DNA from: an uncultured Chloroflexia bacterium | GTDB lineage: Bacteria; Chloroflexota; Limnocylindria; Limnocylindrales; CSP1-4 | Assembly: GCA_963763075.1 (NCBI GenBank) | Contig: CAVXNF010000006.1 | Coordinates: 351,728 to 415,727 of the forward strand | Reading direction: 5' to 3' | Length of the DNA: 64,000 nucleotides | Part shown: piece by piece, positions 59,508-64,000 of the stretch | Layout: every line of letters starts with the position of its first letter | Numbering within the stretch: the stretch's first letter is position 1 | Program-made: the position numbers and the translations under genes | Notes under the pieces: model-generated | The model's input: the letters and a program-made list of their open reading frames with translations, nothing else | Database searches by the model: none | What the model was told of the DNA's origin: nothing

Positions 59508-60977
59508 CTATCCGCCGTCCGCGACCGCCGCTGCGACGCCCTCGGGCTCGCCGTCCGGCTCACCCTCCCGCCCCATCCCCGCCAGCTCGTCCCAGAGCCG
59601 GACGATGACCCGCGTGCCCCGCTCGAAGTTGTCGAGATCGAGCCATTCGTTGGGGGCGTGGGCGTTGCACGCCGGCTGGGCGAACCCGAGCAGCACCACC
59701 GGCAGCTTGAGCTGGCTCGTGAACGCCGCGGTGACCGGGATCGAGCCGCCTTCGCGGATGAACACCGGCTCGACGCCGTACACGGCGCTGAGCGCGCGAG
59801 CCGCGGCCCGGGTCGCCGGGTGGTCGGTGTGGGTGTGGCTCGGGTCCCCGCCGTGGAGGTAGGTCGTGGTCACGGTCACGCCCGGCGGGGCCACCTCGGC
59901 GACGAACCGCTGCAGGCCGTCGAAGATCTTCTGCGGGTCCTGGTGCGCGACGAGCCGGGTGGAGAGCTTCGCGTGGGCGTGGGCCGGGATGATCGTCTTC
60001 GCCCCCTCGCCGGTGAACCCGCTCCACATGCCGTTGACGTCGAGCGTCGGGCGCGAGCCCTTGTTCTCGAGGATCGTGAACCCCGTCTCGCCGACGAGCG
60101 CGGTCACGGGGATGGCCTCGCGGTACGCCTCCTCGTCGAACGGCAGCGCGGCGAGCGACTCGCGGTCGCTGGCGGTGAGCGGCTCGACGTCGTCGTAGAA
60201 GCCCGGGATGCGGACGCGGCCGTCGGGGCCCTTGAGCGCCGCGATGATCGTCGCCAGGGCGTTGGCCGGGTTCTGGACCGTGCCGCCGTACATCCCCGAG
60301 TGGAGGTCGACCGGCGACAGCTCCACGTCGATCTGCGCGTACATGATCCCGCGCAGGCCGACGGTGATCGCCGGCACGTTGCCCTCGAAGAAGCCGGTGT
60401 CGCTGATGATCGCGACGTCGGCCTGGAGCCGCGCCTCGTTCGCGTCGATCCAGCGGTACAGGCTCTCCGAGCCGTACTCCTCCTCGCCCTCGAACACGAA
60501 GGTGAGGTTCACCGCCGGGGTCCGGCCCGCGGCGCGCATCGCCTCGAGCGCCGCCAGGTGCATCACGAGCTGGCCCTTGTCGTCGGCCACGCCACGCCCC
60601 ACGAACCGGCCGTCACGCAGGAACGGCTCCCACGGGGCGGTCTCCCACAGCTCGATGGGGTCGACCGGCTGGACGTCGTAGTGGCAGTAGACGAGCGCGG
60701 TCGGCGCGCCCTCGGCCTCGTGGATCTTGCCGAACACGATCGGGTGGAGCGCGGTGTCCACCACCTCGACCTCGGTCGCCCCCAGGTTGCGCAGGCGGTT
60801 GGCGACCCACTCGGCCGCGGTCCGCATGTCGCCGGCGTGCTCGGGCAGGCACGAGACGCTCGGGATCCGGGCGAACTCGAGCAGCGCCTCCGCGCGTGCC
60901 TCGCGCGACGCGTCCAGCGCGGCCTCGACGTCGAGGTCGATCGGCATGGCTTCCGGCGCAGGGAACGTGTCGGTCAT
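59508..60977 (-). CDS. M20-family dipeptidase/metallopeptidase (ArgE/DapE/CPG2-like)
   Basis: Intact 489-aa ORF: ...LVYCHYDVQPVDP...GRGVADDKGQLV...FVFEGEEEYGS...DTG...REGGSIP...HAPNEW. Confidence 0.88.
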   Translation of the reverse strand: MTDTFPAPEAMPIDLDVEAALDASREARAEALLEFARIPSVSCLPEHAGDMRTAAEWVANRLRNLGATEVEVVDTALHPIVFGKIHEAEGAPTALVYCHYDVQPVDPIELWETAPWEPFLRDGRFVGRGVADDKGQLVMHLAALEAMRAAGRTPAVNLTFVFEGEEEYGSESLYRWIDANEARLQADVAIISDTGFFEGNVPAITVGLRGIMYAQIDVELSPVDLHSGMYGGTVQNPANALATIIAALKGPDGRVRIPGFYDDVEPLTASDRESLAALPFDEEAYREAIPVTALVGETGFTILENKGSRPTLDVNGMWSGFTGEGAKTIIPAHAHAKLSTRLVAHQDPQKIFDGLQRFVAEVAPPGVTVTTTYLHGGDPSHTHTDHPATRAAARALSAVYGVEPVFIREGGSIPVTAAFTSQLKLPVVLLGFAQPACNAHAPNEWLDLDNFERGTRVIVRLWDELAGMGREGEPDGEPEGVAAAVADGG

Positions 60978-61084
60978 CGGGTCTCCAGCGGATGGGCGGC
61001 GTCGGGCGGCGACGGTGGCGGCGTTGGGAGGATCGTAGCGCGCCGCGTCACCCGGGCGGCGCGACCAGGGCCCCGGACACGAAC

Positions 61085-61112
61085 GAAGGGCGGACCGGGT
61101 GGTCCGCCCTTC
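61085..61112 (-). terminator. strong hairpin downstream of ftsH (probable intrinsic terminator)
   Basis: Perfect 12-bp stem gaagggcggacc / ggtccgcccttc with a 4-nt loop, 25 nt after the ftsH stop. On the minus strand it is followed by gttcgtgt. Confidence 0.6.
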
Positions 61113-61136
61113 GGGGTGTCGGTGTGAGGTCCGGCG

Positions 61137-63079
61137 TCAGGCCGGCTGGGGCGACGGGTTGGGGGCCGGCGCCTGGGGGCCGGTCGTCGTCCCGCCGTCC
61201 GTGCCCGGGGCCACGATCCGCGGGATGCCCGCGGTGCGCTCCGGCTTGGGCGGCAGGTCGTCGAACAGCTTCTCGAACTCGGGCTGGTCGACGGTCTCCT
61301 CGGCGATGAGCTTCTCCGCCAGGCGGTCGAGGCGGTCGCGGTGGGTCGTGAGGACCTCGGTCGCCCGCTCGTAGGCCTGGTCGATGATCGCCCGGACCTC
61401 CTCGTCGATCATCATCGCGACGTTGTCCGAGTAGTCGCGCTGCTCGCCCATCGTCCGGCCGAGGAAGATCATCTCGTCGCGCTTCCCGAAGGACAGCGGG
61501 CCGAGGCGGTCGCTCATCCCGAACTCGGTCACCATGCGGCGCGCGAGGTCGGTCGCCTTCTCGATGTCGTTGCTGGCGCCCGTGGTCGTATCGCCGAACA
61601 CGAGGCGCTCCGCGACGTTGCCGCCGAGCAGGCCGGCGATCTTGTCCTCGAACTCCGTCTTGCTCTGCAGGTAGCGGTCCTCGGTGGGCAGGGCCATCGT
61701 GTAGCCGAGGGCCATGCCGCGGCTGATGACCGTGACCTTCGCGACCGGGTCGCACTTCGGCAGGATCCGCTGCACGACGGCGTGGCCGCCCTCGTGGTAG
61801 GCGATGATCCGCTTCTCCTCGTCGCTGATGACCCGGCTCTTGCGCTCGGGGCCGGCGACGATGCGCTCGAGGGCCTCGGAGAACTCGTTCATCCCGACGA
61901 CCTTCTTGTTGCGCCGGGCGGCGAGGATCGCGGCCTCGTTGACGAGGTTCGCGAGGTCCGCACCGGAGAAGCCCGGCGACTGGCGCGCGACCTCCTCCAC
62001 CGAGACGGTCTTGTCGAGCGGCTTGCCCTTGGTGTGGACCTTGAGGATCGCGGTGCGGCCCTTCATGTCCGGGCGGTCGAGGATGACCTGGCGGTCGAAG
62101 CGGCCGGGCCGCAGGAGCGCCGGGTCGAGGACGTCGGGCCGGTTGGTGGCGGCGACGACGATCACGTTGGTGTTCGTGTCGAAGCCGTCCATCTCGACGA
62201 GGATCTGGTTGAGGGTCTGCTCGCGCTCGTCATGGGAGCCGCCGAGGCCCGCGCCGCGCTGGCGGCCGACCGCGTCGATCTCGTCCACGAACACGATGCA
62301 CGGGCTGTTGCGCTTCGCCTGGTCGAACAGGTCGCGCACGCGGCTGGCGCCGACGCCCACGAACATCTCGACGAACTCCGAGCCGGAGATGCTGAAGAAC
62401 GGCACGCCGGCCTCGCCCGCGACGGCACGCGCCATCAGCGTCTTGCCGGTGCCTGGCGGACCCGACGAGCAGCACGCCGCGCGGGATGCGCGCGCCGAGC
62501 GAGTTGAACTTCTCGGGGTACTTGAGGAACTCCACGACCTCCTGGAGCTCCGTCTTCGCCTCGTCGACGCCCGCGACGTCCGCGAACGTGATGACCGTCT
62601 TGTTGCCGAGGAACATCCGGGCGCGGCTCTTGCCGAAGCTCATCGCCTGGTTGTTGGTGCCCTGGGCCTGGCGCATCATGAAGAAGATGAAGCCGCCGAT
62701 CACGAGCAGTGGCAGGAGACCCGTCAGCAGCAGGCCCACCCACGAGGTGTCAGCGGTCGGCTTCCGGGTGTAGACGTCCGCGCGGCAGCGGCTGGTTGCC
62801 GGCCGTCGAAGCGGCGATCATGTCGTCCAGCACGTTGCCGGTGATCGGGTTCTGGACGATGACCGTGTACGTCGCCGCGCCGCCGGTCGGGGTGACCGTG
62901 AGGGTCTCGCCGTCCTGGACGACCTTCTGCACCTCGCCCGCCTTGACGTCCGCCAGGAAGTCCGAGTAGCCGACGGCGGTGGACGGGGTCGACGATGTGA
63001 CCCACGTGTAGAGCAGCGCGACGGTGCCCGCCACGAGGACGAGCATCACGATTCCGTTGCGCAGGAATTTCGCGTTCAA
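61137..63079 (-). CDS. ftsH: ATP-dependent zinc metalloprotease FtsH (two apparent 1-nt insertions, at about 62785 and 62460)
   Basis: TTG at 63079 with GGAGG upstream. TM1 [15 protein letters not shown], a periplasmic domain, TM2 [21 protein letters not shown], then [27 protein letters not shown]...GVLLVG|PPGTGKTL|[14 protein letters not shown]...[11 protein letters not shown]...[11 protein letters not shown] (HExxH) and so on, spread over ORFs 62750..63175, 62230..62739 and 61137..62435. Confidence 0.95.
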
Positions 63080-63352
63080 CCGGAGCGCCTCCGAGTCCGA
63101 GATCCCAGCCCAGGGCTGGGCAGTCCGGCGAGTATATCGCCGGGTTGTCGATCGGCCGCCGGGCAGCCTCACCACCCGACCCTAGCAGGACTACGTGAGC
63201 GACGCATGCACGGATGACTGCCGTCGCGTTGAACTGCGGTTCAGGTTTCTTCACCTTGCCACCGCGCGCGTGAATCCCCGTTCGGCCCGATGGTCCGGCC
63301 GCCGCTCGCGCGGTGGTCCGGGGTGGCGCGGGCGACGGTGCCGGACATGACG

Positions 63353-63377
63353 ACGCCCGGGCGGCGGGCCCGGGCGT
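63353..63377 (-). terminator. GC hairpin just downstream of tRNA-Met
   Basis: 10-bp stem acgcccgggc / gcccgggcgt with a 5-nt loop, 14 nt beyond the tRNA 3-prime end on the minus strand. Confidence 0.4.
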
Positions 63378-63390
63378 GGGAGGCGTCGGC

Positions 63391-63465
63391 TGGTAGCGGA
63401 GGGCGGATTCGAACCACCGACCAAGGGCTTATGAGTCCCCTGCTCTACCACTGAGCTACTCCGCC
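63391..63465 (-). tRNA. tRNA with CAU anticodon (Met; possibly initiator- or Ile2-type, not resolved), CCA encoded
   Basis: Reverse complement GGCGGAG TA GCTC AGTGGTA GAGC A GGGGA CTCATAA GCCCT TGGTC GGTGG TTCGAAT CCGCC CTCCGCT A CCA folds as a cloverleaf. The T-loop is TTCGAAT, and U33, CAT and A37 are present. Confidence 0.85.
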
Positions 63466-63557
63466 GTGGCGCCGGACATTCTAGCGGGAGCGCCGACGGC
63501 GGGCCATCGGACGGGTGACAATGGCGGCCGGTCAGGGGCGACACGGGAGGGACGGGC

Positions 63558-64000
63558 GTGGACGAGGATCGCGGGTTCGGATCGGCGGGCGCGCCACCGC
63601 CGCCGCCGGCACCGCCCGGAGCGCCCGCCGGTGGCGAGCCGCCTCCCCCGCCGCCCGCCGCACCGCCCACGACCGCGCCGCCGGGCTGGGGCGCGGAGCC
63701 CGGGACGCCGGCCGGGCCGCAGGGCTGGGTCCCGCCGGGCGAGGTCCCGGCCGCCTGGGGCGCCGCATCACCCAGCGCGCAGGTCGGCTGGGACCGGCCG
63801 CCGTCGGGCAACAACGGCTGCCTGCGGGCGTGCCTCATCGTCGGCGGGATCCTCGTCGTGCTCCTGATCGTCGGCGGGATCGCGGCCTCGGTCTTCGTCG
63901 GCCAGCTCGTCGAGCAGGTCCAGGAGAACCCGGACGCGGTGTTCGGCGGCGAGTGCCAGCTCGTGTCCAGCGTCGAGGTCAGCGATGCGCTCGGCGAGGA
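63558..64000 (+). CDS. Pro-rich single-pass membrane protein, N-terminal part (runs off the window end)
   Basis: GTG at 63558 with GGGAGGGA upstream. My translation is VDEDRGFGSAGAPPPPPAPPGAPAGGEPPPPPPAAPPTTAPPGWGAEPGTPAGPQGWVPPGEVPAAWG...NNGCLRACLIVGGILVVLLIVGGIAASVFVGQLVEQVQENPDAVFGGECQLVSSVEVSDALGE. Not in the ORF track because it is edge-truncated. Confidence 0.5.
   Translation, partial: MDEDRGFGSAGAPPPPPAPPGAPAGGEPPPPPPAAPPTTAPPGWGAEPGTPAGPQGWVPPGEVPAAWGAASPSAQVGWDRPPSGNNGCLRACLIVGGILVVLLIVGGIAASVFVGQLVEQVQENPDAVFGGECQLVSSVEVSDALGE

Noticed and set aside
62724-63254. 176-aa ORF starting MKKPEPQFNATAVIRACVAH upstream of and overlapping ftsH
   Set aside because: It is out of frame with the well-supported ftsH N-terminus and uses codons that are rare in this genome (AAA, ATA, CTA, GTA). 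It overlaps the putative ftsH promoter and leader.

Overview
Very GC-rich (about 70% or more by eye) bacterial chromosomal segment made almost entirely of core and housekeeping genes. About 50 of roughly 55 genes lie on the minus strand, in long translationally coupled operons with ATGA/GTGA/TGATG start-stop overlaps. Recognisable content, in order: an FtsA-like fragment, alaS, a small Cys/His-rich protein, iscS-mnmA, a 4x YbaY-like repeat envelope protein with a Pro/Thr linker, typA/bipA, and an ABC system with two ATPases and two giant FtsX-type permeases. Then a MobA-like protein, an alpha/beta hydrolase, an EamA transporter, a tandem-GNAT protein, aspS, an LLM (F420-type) oxidoreductase, a PCD-VOC fusion, hisS, DUF202, merR-MFS, a DUF385 deazaflavin enzyme and relA/spoT. 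A cell-envelope/chromosome cluster follows (DUF2993-like, murE, 2x FemAB, murJ, xerC, topA), then an Ig-like+CAP secreted protein, dprA, comM/yifB and a REC-CpaE-like ATPase. Next come a hydrolase-SPFH-NfeD(short)-NfeD(long) module, NUDIX, tyrA, an orphan NarL-type regulator, a Zn-ribbon miniprotein, trpB2, thpR, ppa, an orphan DnaB-C-terminal-like ATPase, an M20 peptidase, ftsH, tRNA-Met and a Pro-rich membrane protein fragment. I saw no CRISPR array, transposase, prophage, toxin-antitoxin pair, recognisable defence island or biosynthetic cluster. The lineage looks like a high-GC Terrabacteria member (Actinomycetota- or Chloroflexota-like: F420 enzymes, FemAB, GTG/TTG starts, apparent leaderless genes); I cannot be more precise without a search. 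Key caveat: by my own translation, about 35-40 single-base indel frameshifts interrupt clearly essential genes (ftsH, aspS, hisS, murE, murJ, typA and others). I read this as an assembly or consensus error signature. Together with the scarcity of stop codons at this GC content, it makes the supplied ORF track misleading: ORFs of 1000-2000 aa are concatenations or antisense artefacts. I cannot point to a clear-cut novel system. The best candidates for follow-up are the double-permease/double-ATPase ABC system whose ATPase carries an AbrB/SpoVT-like tail, the orphan DnaB-C-like ATPase with tandem palindromic 27-bp repeats upstream, the NfeD/NfeD/SPFH/hydrolase module, and several uncharacterised small proteins.
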